NCBI GenBank assembly: GCA_943704425.1
Contig: CALSCP010001441.1
Span: 1-58,167 of the forward strand
DNA: 58,167 nt
Source of the DNA: Ministeria vibrans ATCC 50519
Lineage: Eukaryota > Protista > Filasterea
Direction: 5' to 3'
In this document: piece by piece, positions 36,948-55,400 of the stretch
How the letters are laid out: every line of letters begins with the position of its first letter
Numbering within the stretch: the first letter of the stretch is position 1
The notes under the pieces: generated by a model
Told to the model about the DNA's origin: nothing
Database searches by the model: none
Seen by the model: the letters and a program-made list of their open reading frames with translations, nothing else
Position numbers and translations under genes: made by a program

Positions 36948-39166
36948 TTAGGCAGAGACGGCACCGCCCTTAGCAGCGGTAGTCGGAGACACGGGCTTGG
37001 TGACAGGGAGAGCGGCAACGTTCTCAACGACCTCAGTGGTGGGGAGCACACCGCCACGCTTGTGCTCGAGGAGCATGTTGTTCTCGGGGGAGAGACCGAG
37101 GCAAGCGCGGAAGATGTTCTCAATGCACGCACGCTGCTTGAAAAGCGCGTTGACAATGGGCGTACCCGAGGGCACCAGGGGCGCCTTGAGCAGGAACGAC
37201 AGCATCGACAGCACCGAGTGGAAGCGCTCCCACTCACCGTCGTCCTCCTTGAAGGTGATTCGCTCGCAAATCTCAGTGAGGAGCACGAGATCGATGATGA
37301 GGGGCGAGGCAAGGAGCGAATCCTCGCAGGTGTTGTGCATCACGATGGTGTTGAGGCCACCCATGAAGATCTCGCTGGTGTACTCGTCCATGGCACGCTT
37401 AGAGTCCTGCACGGCTGGCACGTACTTGATGACGACAACGTGGTCGGGGTGCTCGCCCTCGTCGTAGAGAATGCGGTTGGACTCGACCATGTCGTCGACA
37501 ACGTTGCTCTTGCTGATCTCCTTGCTGCGGAACTGCTTGGGGGCGCTGAGGTTCTTGCCGTCGTTGTTGCCGAGATGGTTGTACGACACAATGGACGTGG
37601 GCTTGAGGCCAGCGCCGACGAGGAAATCGACAAGGACCGACTTCATCTTGGTTTGACCGCTCTTGAAGTCGTCACCACCAATGTAGACCTTGCGCTGACA
37701 AGCGAGATCAATGACACCGGGAACAAAGGTGTTCTGGGGCGACCCGTTGATGTACGAGGAGTTCTCGAGGATCGAGGCACACGCAAAGAGCGTCGAGGCA
37801 CTGATCTCCTCGGCATCGTCCTTGATCGACGTGAGCAGCTCATCGGCGGTCATGTTAAGTCCGTCGCGCACGTCGCTGAAGCGCTCCGTGTTGGCCGTCC
37901 ACAGAACAATGACCTTGTCGAGACTGTGTGTCGCCTTGAAGTCGCGGATGTCGCTGCGGATGCGCTGCATCATCTCAAACTTGGTGCCTGTCAGGCAGTT
38001 GTTGGCGCGTGTCTCCTGATTGGCCGCGATAAAGTCGGGCACGTAGATGCTGGGTCGCGGCTTGAAATCCTTGAGCTCGTCGTACAGCTGACGCTGCAGG
38101 TCAAACTCAAAGACCTGGGCACGGCGCATAGCGTCGCCAATGTTGGCGTCGTTGATGTCCCAGCCGTCAATGACAATGTCGTCAGGCTGCACCAGCGGCA
38201 TCATGTCGGAGAAGGGCACGTAAATGTCCTTGCCCTCCGCGTCACGGCCCAGCTTGGTCGTCGACGCCAGCAGAAGACTGCCAAAGAAGTTGCTCTTGTG
38301 GTGCTTGTTCTTTGTGTCCCACTCGATCTTCTTCTTGTTCGCGATCATCGCCTGTTCGTGAAGGAAAACAAAAAAAAACAAAAGTTAAAAAAAGACGTAC
38401 ACAAAAATGATAATAATGAAAAAAAAACTTACTCCAGTGACAGTGGAGCCGTTGTTGCCGCCCCATCCCACCAGCATCATGCCAATCTTAGGCACCTTGC
38501 GCTCAGTCTTGAACGTGAACTAAGAAAACAAATCGGGTGAGTGTGTCCCCCTCATTCGCACACTGTCACCTTTACCGCCCTTCCTCAGTACACGGGCGCA
38601 ACTCGTCTGAGGCTNNNNNNNNNNGTGTGTGTCCTGTAAAAAAAAAAAAAAAAGGATCGACGCGAAAACGGCACGAGAACAGACGTATCGCGCTATGCAC
38701 GCCATGCTAGGAGTACTGCACAACCCCATTGCATCGATACACGAACAAGATCTACGACGACCGCATCGCCTTCGCCGTGCAACACGTGGAATGTGAAAAA
38801 GCGTTTTTATCTTTTTCAAAAAAAATCCAAACACTGGGCTGAGTAAGGGTTTGCAGAATGCTTTCCGACGAGTGATCCATACAGGAAGACACGTGTGGGT
38901 GCAATAGAGCGCATAGCGGAGAGGGATGTGCAGAAAGGGTGCGCATTCGAGAGTGCGTGATCGGCCATGCGACAACACACAAAAAAAAAAAAAAAAACGC
39001 CACGCGAAAAAAAACCGTTTATCTTTCGTACCTTCTGAGTGCGTGGCTTGACGGAGTACTTGCCTCCCTCGACGGTGACGTCGGTGGTGTCGTAGTTGAC
39101 GGTAGATGTGATGGCATCGTCGGTGTACTGGACGGCCGGAGAGTCGACAGTGATGTTTGCAGACAT
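36948..39166 (-). CDS. INO1: myo-Inositol-3-phosphate synthase
   Basis: [69 protein letters not shown]. Confidence 0.98.
38615..38624. other. Assembly gap (N run) within an INO1 intron
   Basis: N characters. Confidence 1.
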
Positions 39167-39795
39167 GTTTTTCGTTTTTGGTGTAGTTTTAGTTAGAGGA
39201 GAAGCTTGGTTGTTCAGAGTATATGCGTGGCCTTGAGAGAGAGCTCGTGGTCACGATTGGAAGGCTAGAGACGAACGAGAAGAGGGAAAGACGGGTTGGG
39301 ATGAGTTGTGATAAAAAAAAAACCACTACAACAGAATCGATCGCGACGACGAGAGGGCAGAGGAAGTGCGCGTGAGGATTGATACCTGGGTGTGCTGGGG
39401 GCAGTCGCTGTTGGAGGCGGAGATGGAGATGGAAGTCGAGGCGGATGAAACGCTTGGGATGTTCTGCATACAAATACGAGAACGATCGGTCGGTGGCTTT
39501 AAAGTGTTGCTAGACGACTGCGAAAGTCCGAGAAGAAACACTAAGGAGATGGATAAAAAAAAGTGATTTCAAAAAAAAATTATTTATTATTGGAATTTGG
39601 AACATTAGATCTTGACGATTGACATTCAATGCACCTCTAGTCCTCTAGAGCCACTATAGTCTACAGTAGAATATATTATAAAATAATAATAATAATAATA
39701 ATATAGCATCATTAAAGACATTCATGCGATTATTGACAGTGGAGAAGGGACAAAGTTGACTTTTTAATGTCTGTACAATTTAATATTATTATGTT

Positions 39796-45748
<5,953 letters not shown>

Positions 45749-45858
45749 AACAAGGAAATTTTAGTAGAAGAAGATTATCAGCACAGCTTTAATTTCGAAG
45801 TCAGTTTCAGTTTTGAGTTTTCGACTCACTTTATTCTTTTTTATTTTTGAGTTTTGAA

Positions 45859-47405
45859 ATGATGCGCGTGACAAACGAACTGGAGACGAGTCACGAAGGA
45901 GTGATTCATGACGTTGCATATGATCACTATGGACGAAGAATGGCGTCGGTGAGCAGTGATCAGCGAGTCAAGGTAAAACATTGTGTGGCGGTCTCCTGGG
46001 CCTCACGGGGCTCTCCCGCGATGCTTTGTAGGTGTATGATCTTGGGGACGATGGTCAGTGGAGATTGGCGGAGAGTTGGAAGGTATTGAAACTGTCAAGA
46101 GGGTTTTTTTATTCATTTTTTCGCTCACTCTCTATCACTCTCTCTCGCAGGCACATACAGGCTCGATTTGGCGCGTAGCATGGGCGCATCCCGAGTACGG
46201 GCAGGTGTTGGCCACGTGCTCGTTTGACAGAAGTGTTGCCATCTGGGAAGAGCAAGTGGTCGAGCCCACGGCGCGCGCAAGAGTACGCCAGCTGCCCTTC
46301 TGGCGCCCCGCCTTGCTCACACTCTCCTCTCTCCCTCCCTCTCTCTCTCTCTTGCTCTTCTTCCTTCTCCTTCTCCTTCTCCTTCTCCTTCTCCTTCTCC
46401 TTCTCCTTCTCCTTCTCCTTCTCCTTCTCCTTCCCCTTCTCCTTCCCCTTTCCCTTCTCCTTCTCCTTCTCCTTCTCCTTCTCCTTCTCCTTCTCCTATA
46501 GGGACAAACCAAGTGGGTACGCAAGGCGGGCCTTGTCGACAGTCGAGACACAGTGCGAGACATTGAGTTTGCACCCAAACATCTGGGTCTGATGCTGGCC
46601 GTGGCGTCTGCCGATGGTACAGTGCGCGTGTACCAAGCGACGGATGTGACAAGTCTGACGTTCTGGTCGGTGATGCACGAATTTGAAGCACGCAAGGGTG
46701 GCGCATGTGTGTGTCTGTCATGGAACCCCAGCCGCTACCATTCACCTCTGCTTGCCGTTGGCACCGAGGACCCTGCCATCAAAATCTGGGAGCACAGTGC
46801 CGACGCGCGCGGCTGGAGTCACGTTGAGACACTCACGGGTCACACGGCTCCCGTTAACGACGTTGCATTTGCGCCCAACATGGGTCGGTCATTCCACCTG
46901 CTTGCCTCTTGCTCCAAGGACGGCACAGTCATCATCTGGAGGCTCACTCCCCGCACGAGCAGCAGCGGGGCATCCTCCGAGGCAGCCCCCGCCACTGCCT
47001 CTTCATCTGCCGGCTTTGACGTAGCTCAGATTGCCATTTTCGACGACCATGAAGCAGAGGTAGGGAAAGCCTGAATTCTGTTTTGTCATCCAAGTGTATT
47101 TCTCATCACACTGTATATGTATGTAATAAATATATATGTGTGTGTTAGGTGTGGCGTGTTGAGTGGAATGCAACCAGCACGATTCTTGCGAGCAGTGCAG
47201 ATGATGGAACAGTCCGTCTCTGGAAAGGTCTGAACTATAGAACAACAGCTGACTTTGTCCACTCTCGTTAAAACTCTCTTTCTTTTTCTCTTCTTTCTTT
47301 CTCGCCGTCGTTTGTTTAGCGGACTATCTTGACTCGTGGAAGTGTGTGTCTGTGTTGCGAGGCAGTCAACCCAGTGGCACAAACGCATTCTCTGCTCTGA
47401 ACTAA
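45859..47405 (+). CDS. SEH1L: Nucleoporin / GATOR2 subunit Seh1 (WD40)
   Basis: [85 protein letters not shown]. Confidence 0.95.
46355..46497. repeat. (CTCCTT)n hexamer microsatellite in SEH1 intron
   Basis: Direct observation. Confidence 0.95.
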
Positions 47406-47543
47406 TACAACAAAATATAATGCACTAAATTTTCACTCACTCGAAATCTCTCCAACTCGCTCTTTTTGTCTTTCTTTTCTCTCAAACAGAATATCAAAAT
47501 AATTGTGTGCGAAAAAGATAGAGAAAGTGCATGTATGTTGTAA

Positions 47544-47831
47544 TCAGAGTTCTTCGCAGAGCAAATGAAGTCGGGCAATGTTTCCCTGAGAGACAAACAT
47601 CAATTGGTCCAATTTCCAGTCACTCACCGCTAAACACACGAAGAAAGTGAGTATGTGAATTGAGTTTTTCAAAAACAGAAAAACGTGATGGCTACCTTGT
47701 TGAAACCAATAATTGCGTCTAAACCAGGCGAGGAGTGCGGCTGCTTCTGTGCGAGTGCATTCGGGGAAGGCAAAGCGGTCTTCGGCGCACATTGTCTGTA
47801 GAGAGTGTTGTTGTTGTTGTTGATCGCCTGT

Positions 47832-47863
<32 letters not shown>

Positions 47864-50016
47864 CGTTCAGGATGCGCTGGCGGTTGATTTGAGCGGTGCG
47901 GAGAATGGAGCGGTCTGGCTTGGATGTCGGGGTGCGAGGTAAGTCTTGGATGCGCTGGCCAATGGGAAGGGGCCATTTGAAGGAGCGGTTGAAACTGGAG
48001 ACGCCCGAGAGGACGTGTGACGAGGCAAAGGCAGCGAGAGATGGGTCGTTGGGATGGTCCTCGGAGGGTTCAAGTTGACGGTGAAGAACACAGTTGAGAA
48101 CAAAACGGTTGATCCAGAACAGGCCGTGCTCTCTGACTGGGTGATCGTTGATGCGCGTTAGCGCACGACGGGGCAAAGGGTATGCATCAGCAAGATTGTC
48201 GGGTGACTCCTCCTCGACATTGGAGGATTGTTTCGTGCGCAGACGTTGTTGTGATCTCATCCCTGGCATGTTTGCATACAGGTCGTTGATGTCGTCCACA
48301 ATTGCAATCAGTCGCTTCCTATTATATACATATAAAGTAGAGTGTGAGATGTTCGAGTGAATCATCAACATAGGTACACATAGAGTAAAAGTGTAACAGT
48401 TGCGAAAATCACTCCCTGTGATGCCGTTCTACGGGCCAAGGGGGGATGCTCTGTGCCTTGATAGACGCTGATGGTGCCATTGAATAGGGCCGCACCAGTA
48501 ACACGAAGGCAGAGTATGTGGAGAGTGTGTATGTGATGGGGAAAAAAGAGAACACACGATTTTTTTTTTTACCCTTGAGCGAGTTTGAAGACAACTCGAA
48601 GAACATCCGTGGCCTTCTCGACTTCCTCCATAGCCTACACCACCATCACCACCACCACAAAAAATAAGATTAAATAAAGGTCAGATTATATATAGTCTAA
48701 AGAGTATATCATTACGAGTTGGATGAGGTCAGGCAGCGGCGTGCCTTTGGCAACGGGTACTCCGTCAATTAACGTCTCCTCGTCGAGCGTCATCGCGTCA
48801 ATCAGCGCCTTGTTGTTGTGGTATGTCAGTGACAGCATACCGCGTGTCTCAAACGGTGTCTCCCAGTCGTCCGGAAATGATTGGCTCTGTCGGTACATCA
48901 CTGCTTGAGAGAACATTGCGCCTGCACAAGAATATTAAAACAACAATTTGTCGTTTTTTTTAAACCGTACAGGTGGGGATATGGATGACAAAGGTGTCCT
49001 CTTTGCAACGTTGCACCGCAGCAATCTGGTTGAGTGTGCGTGACACACCAGTGCCTAAATTTCCATATACAAAGGTCTGGCGGTGTTTGATGCTGTTGGG
49101 ACTGTCCGCTGACTGCGCTTCCTCGGCACTCGCTTCAAGTGTTTCCAATAAACACAACAAGGGTGCACGAATGAGCGAGCCAGCATGCCCGAAAACGGCG
49201 TGCTACACAGACAGAGTAATGAATAATAATAAGGTAAAAAGGTATAGCAATAAGAATGATGTTCGTTTCTTTTTCTTTTTTTTTTGTTGCTTTCTCCTGT
49301 GCTTACCAGATCGGTTGAGACGCGCGCATCAAGATTGGGGTGTTCGTCATCAAAAGCGGACTTGGTTTGTACAATGATTCGTCCGATATCTCGACGGGAT
49401 ACCTCAGACTGAAGAAAAAGAAAGAGAAAAAAAACGCAAAAAAAACGCAAAAAAAAAAAGATGTGAGAAACAAAAAAAAAAGATGATCGAAAGAAGGAGA
49501 GCGACGTACAATGGAGGAAGCAGGCGAGCAAAAGGGATCCTTCCGCAGCGAGGCGACCTCGTCGTCGGTGAGCGCTGGAGCCGATTTGATGGAGAAGTCG
49601 ATTCGCTCGTCAGTTTTGCTTTCGGCGCTCGCTGCTCCCTTCTGCGGCCTTGTTTGACTTCTTTGCTTCTGCAGGAGGAGTGGAAGAACGGGAGGGACGC
49701 GTGGGGAGGGTCAGCGAGGCGCATTCGTCAAGTGCGAATCCAATCACACACAAACACAAAAAAAAAAAAAACAAGCATGGACAATGGAGCAGGAAGGAAG
49801 GGGTTATGAGACACAGGTGGGGCGGGCGGGAGAGCACATGGGCATGCAGAGAGGGAGGGGGCGGCGTACGGGAGCGCGCACGGCCCGCTCGTTGCGTGCA
49901 GGGCGTGCGATGGATTTGGTCGCAGCCTGTCGGGTGATCTGCGGCTCGCCCGTGCTCGTGCTGTACATTCTACACATGGTGGCGGGGAGCCTTCTAGCAA
50001 TGCATCTTGTCAGCAT
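47544..50016 (-). CDS. DAP3: Mitochondrial small-subunit ribosomal protein mS29 / DAP3-like, multi-exon
   Basis: Arg-rich transit peptide; TFVYGNLGTGVSRTLNQI...VIHIP; KGTPLPDLIQL; ATDVLRVVFKL; LIAIVDDINDLY. Confidence 0.7.
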
Positions 50017-50138
50017 CTTCCGCAGCCGAAGAAGACAGAAGTGATTGACTGATTGTTTTAACTTTTAACTTTTTTGAAGTTTGAAATAGATCCAAAATAG
50101 ATCATATTCATTTACCATCTCTTACTCAGTCTGACATT

Positions 50139-52201
50139 ATGGACGCATACATTCCAGGGTACGATTGTCGAATGTCGATTGGTTGAGTTTAGCTCACTTC
50201 TTAGTATAACAATACTAAAATATTCAAATTCTGTCACTTTCTCCTGTAGAATGTCAAACTACGCCGACTCTCCCGCCACCAATCCCATGACAGGTGACTC
50301 CACGTCAAATTGTATTCAGCCCGAAAGTTCCACTGACTCACAGACGCTCGTAAGACAAATCAGATCAAAGTAAAAATTCAAAAAAAATTGACGTAAAAAT
50401 ATACTTTTTGGTTGACAGGAGCGAATCCCCATGGACGCCCCCAACCGCATTGCGGACACCCTTGAGTCGTTGGGAGTGGTTTCCTTCCACGCTCTCTCAA
50501 AAAAAGCCAGCGAGCATCGCGAGGTGAGCCAAAGCCGGTTTGGCGCACAATTCAAAAAACACAAACTCACTGCACACTCGTAGGTGAACGATCTGCTGAC
50601 GATCTGCATGGCAGACGTCGTCGAGGCCTACCGCAAGTTCTGTGTGCAGAGAGAGAGTCGCGAAGACGAGCTGGGACGCGTGCGGGTGTCGCTGGAGACG
50701 AACGAGCGTGAGCGCAAGCGGCAGACGGACGAGATTGAGGATCTTCAGCACGACTTGAGCATGCTGCGCGAACGGGAGCGCCAGTCGCGCGAACGTGTGG
50801 GCAAGATGGAGAAGGAGGTCAGTCGCTGCCGTGACGAAGTGTCCAAAACCAAGGCGAACATGGACCATAAGGACCGCCAGTACAAGCACGAGCTGCGCCG
50901 ACGCGAGCTCGAGCATGACAAGCTCAAAGACAAGCTGACGCGGGTGCTCGCGGACCGCAAGGCACAAACGAAGGCAGGCATGGCACTGGTAAACGGCCTG
51001 AGTGCCGAGCAACGCAGTGCGCTCAACGCACACGACGAAATGTACCGGGCCGTCGCGCAAAACTACGAGGAACGCCAGGCCGAGCTCATCGAGGAGAACT
51101 CTTTGCTGCGCCAAGCCCTGTACACGACCCAACGCGACCTCGTCCACATGCTCAACCACGAAGCCGCCTTCAACGAGCAGCTGGCCGAGTTGGACGATGA
51201 CGACAACCAGCAGGCACAGAGCGAGGACGAGCCAGTGCCCGAGCTCATGGGTAGCGGTCACTTTCAGCTTCCCTTTGACATGGTGAAAGACGTACGTTAA
51301 TATATTTATTATGTATAAGAGCGCGTAATTGCCGTAATACAACAATAATAATTTGTTATGGCACGTGTAGGACATCGAGACACACCTGGAGCTGCTGTGG
51401 GTGCGACTGCGCGAGGGAATGGAGGAACGTGCGTCATCGTCAACGGGTGTCGTTGCATCATCGTCGTCCAGTCACGCACTCAATGCGGCTGAGGTGGAGA
51501 TTGCGCGCCTCAGCGACCAACTGCACGCCTTCCAGAGCCTCGTGGCACAGCAGGAGCTGATGCTGCAACAGCAGAAGAGTCACACAACGCAGCAGTCTCG
51601 ACCGGCATTCCTCGACGACAGCGCCCTGTGCGACGAGCGCGACATGATTGACAACGAGCGCGCATTGCTTGAGAAGCAGAAGGCGCACGTCGAGCAGGAG
51701 CGTGCAGCCATCTCCGACGTTAGTGCCAATCTTGTCCGTGAGCGCATTGAAATGGAGAAGCAGCGCCGCCAGTTCGACCAGGACCGCATTGCCTTCCTGA
51801 CACTCCAACAGAAGCTCACAACGCACAATGCTTCCACATCGCCATCGCCTCTCAAGCAGCAGCGCACAAGCGTTTTTGCACCAACGCCCGACCAGCGCAC
51901 TCTTCGCACTCCCCGGCGCACACCCTTGGCCTCCATTCCCTCCTCCGCCTCCAATGTCAACCGCCCCTCCTCCCTCCGTCGTGCCGCTCTCCTTAAAACG
52001 TCCACTCCGCACCGCGACCCTCACTCCCCGTCCTCGCCCCTTCCCACCCCCTCGTCCGTCCGCCTTCACGCAAATGACTTCTCCCCCTCCGCCGCTCAAA
52101 ACTTTGACGACTCCATTGCCTCTCCTTCCCATTTCCCTCTCTGCGACGATTCCTCACCCGTTCGCCAACTCTGCTTCAACGATGAGAATACCATTGCGTG
52201 A
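50139..52201 (+). CDS. SSX2IP: Afadin/alpha-actinin-binding (ADIP/SSX2IP/Msd1) coiled-coil protein
   Basis: QYKHELRRRELEHDKLKDKLTRVL and DEMYRAVAQNYEERQAELIEENSLLRQAL match recalled ADIP motifs; FQLPFDM. Confidence 0.78.
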
Positions 52202-52411
52202 ATTAGAACGGAAAAAAACATTATATCAGTACTCCATCAGTACAAACAATTTATGCGTGCATCCTGCCTGTTACCTTTTGAAATTTATTACTAATAATAT
52301 TTATAAGAGAAGAAATAGATGATCGAGAGCTGTACATAATGCTTTATTACTTCTTCGTCTTCTATCATAAATAAATGGGTTGTATTCTATCTTCGTACTT
52401 TACACTAATTT

Positions 52412-55400
52412 TCACGGTCCAAGCGCTCGCGCTGACTCAACTCCGTTACCAGAACGGTAGAAGAAAATGTCTCCGTTGTTGGGGACCCCGTCCCAATCAC
52501 TCCAAATGCGACCCACTGACAACGATTGGGACATGTTCGGATCGAGTGACTGCATACGACGACACAGCTCAACCGCCGAGATAACCGTCTCCCCTGCTTC
52601 AAATGCACACTGCTTGGGTCCCAGTGCGTCCACCAGCAGGCGTGTCAGCGTCGTTTCGTCCTCGCCCGTCCACGCCGGGGCGTCCTTGAGCGAACCAGTG
52701 ATTAACTGCCGCCCATAGCCCGGCACAGGCGCACCCTGCCACGACATGGTCAGCGTCTCCTCCACCCGCAGAGCGCCCGCGTTGCAAAAGTCGCACACCA
52801 CAAGTACATTGCACCCGCGCCACCCAACCTCGTCCTGAAGGATTGTATAGAGCGCATCAAGAGTGAATCGCGTGACTCTGCCGCCCACTGTTTCCTGTGC
52901 ATCGCTTAGCAACAAACCGCCCTTTGTATCTTCCACTCCATGGCCCAACAGGTGGACCACCAACAGAGTATCCCTTCCTGCACTACGACCCACATCCTCT
53001 GCGAGTGCCCGTGCTGCTGCAACAATTTCATTGCGCGTCACTCGATCTCCTTTGTGTCGGTCAACCACAGTGCGCACTTTGAAATCTCGATTCGTCCACA
53101 TTTCAGCGAGCTTGTCGACACTTTCGCGCACTCCCGCCAGCACGGGATTAGGTGTTGCACTATAGCGACTCACTCCCACAACCAGTGCAGCGGCATGGGT
53201 GTAGCCTGGTGGAAGCAAAACATCTACAAAACGAGAAAACAATCATTTGAACAAAGCAAGAAAGAACATACTATTCTTACGTCCTTGGGGCTGTGTCGCC
53301 ACCCACCACTGCTCCAGTTGCTCGTTGCACACGCGTGCTCCCCCCGCATGTGCCGCCAGGTTTGCACCCACAACCTCCCATCGTCGATGTGCTTCACTCG
53401 CCTGTGCCACATCCGCTGGTGAGAAGAGGGGCGCATTCGTATTGAAGGGATGGGCCGGCACAAGGACGGGTGTGCCTCGCCAGCCCCAACGCAGCGAGCG
53501 AGTGCCGTTGCACACGGCAACACAAATGCGATCCAGAGTACGCTGCACTCGAACAGCGTCACTGTCGTCGGTCAACTCAATGCGCACAAACGACTCGTTT
53601 GCGTTAAGTCGCAAGCGCAGGGGAATGCACCCCTCCATTGTCATGGCGTTGGTGCACCGCTGCGTCGCGCGGATGGGGCTGTTGAGGAGCGACTCGCGCC
53701 ACAGCGCCACCATAAGAAGGTGGAAGGTGGCGAGGGAGACAGGGAGCAGCTCGTCATGAATAAATTGGTAGAGGAACACTTGAGCAGGATGGGAGACGGG
53801 CGCATCGAGAAAGGGTGCGTGAGCGGGAAGAAGCATGGGCACAACGAGTTGCTTGCCGCGACGCAGAGCGAGACTGAGTCGCTCGAGGCAGAGCATAAAT
53901 GCAGGGACGTCAGTGACGTCGGCACCAGCGAGGAGTGGGATGAGATCGGGTTTCCGAGGCCTGAGCATGCGACTGAACTTCTGAAGCAGCGAAAGCGACT
54001 TGGGGGCCGCCTCGCTGGGTGTGACAAAAAGTGTCTTCGACTGACTTCTTGCAGCGGTCCAAACCAACCACTCTGCAACCTCAGCAGGAAACCCACACTC
54101 CGATTCGCACTGCGCTGCTGTCAACTCAGCAAGGAGTCGATTGGTGCGCAGCAGGTCACACGCATTTCCCGCCGCTTCGACCTCACGCAACATCGCCAGC
54201 GCACGCTTGCTCTTTGCCCGTCCCCACTGCGCCATCACCACCGAACACAGAAGCTCCAGTGCCCCAATCAGACGTGGCACGTCAAACACAATCGTGTCGG
54301 TGTCGCACACCCGCTGGCTCGTCGCATCTGCACGACACACCAGAATGTCTGCAGCACTCTCCAGATAGGGCACAAGACAGTCGCGGATAGCGTCCGCAGT
54401 CGGCATCATTCCACCGAGTGTGACGTGAGGCGTGTCGTTGAGCTCGAGTGAGTCAAGCGCGTCCACACTGGACATGAGTTGCAAGTTGCCCAGTCGCGCC
54501 CATCGGCCAATCAGATCCTGTGCTGCCACCATCTCCAACGGGAGCGTGCGGTCACGCACGGCCTTGTGCATCGCCGTGCTCACTGCCGACAGTCCGAGAC
54601 GGGCCCTGCTGCCCACTTGAAAAAAGGACAAACCGGACGTGTCAGGCGGCATCATGAGATGACTGCCCAGCGCCGGTCCGACCAGACGGAGAATCTCACG
54701 GGAGACAGTAAGAAGAAGGTCGGCGGGGACGGTGTTGCGGGGGAACGTGTCAATGTGTGTGCCCACGATGATGACGCGGAAGTACGACTTGTCGGTAAAG
54801 GGCACCTGGTGGGCGATGATGTGCGCCCACTTTGTGAGGTGCTCGTACTGGTGCTGCGCCTTACGAGGAAAGTTCATGACGGACAGGTCAAAGACAAGAA
54901 CGTACACAGACTCGGAACCCATGAAGAGAGCCGGAAGAGAGTCGTACATCGACTCGCCTACAAAGTCATTGGTGAATCGTCAATAAATTGCATCATGGAT
55001 CATGTATGTTGTACCGGCAAAATCAAATGTGTCCAAGTCAACGTGCTCTTCGTGGATCTCATTCGCCAGCAGTCCTCGCACAAATGCCATTGTGGTGGAC
55101 ATGGCAGCCGAGGATGGTGCCGACGGAGAGGTGGTTGGCGGTGGAGGGTGATGAGGGTCGGTCGTGATCGTTGTGTCAGGTGTAGGTGGGCGTGGGACAG
55201 TAGCGGAGTCACTTGCTGTGTGCACATGCAAGGAGGGTGTCACCGATAGTTCAGCGGGACCTTCGTCCTCGTTGCTCTCCTCATCAACTGCCAGAAGTTC
55301 CGTCGTCATCCGATCCTTCCCTTCTACATCCTCCTCTTCTTCGTCGTCGTCGTCGTGTCCAGCAAGGAGACTCGCCAGGCGCAACTCGTCCAGTGGAACA

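Noticed and set aside
37062-38540. 492-aa + strand ORF
   Set aside because: Antisense shadow of the strongly codon-biased INO1 gene
46058-46745. Poly-Leu, poly-Arg and (GE)n ORFs
   Set aside because: Products of the (CTCCTT)n intronic microsatellite in SEH1
53450-55249. 333-aa and 256-aa + strand ORFs
   Set aside because: Antisense to the Roc-COR-caspase gene with no recognisable motifs
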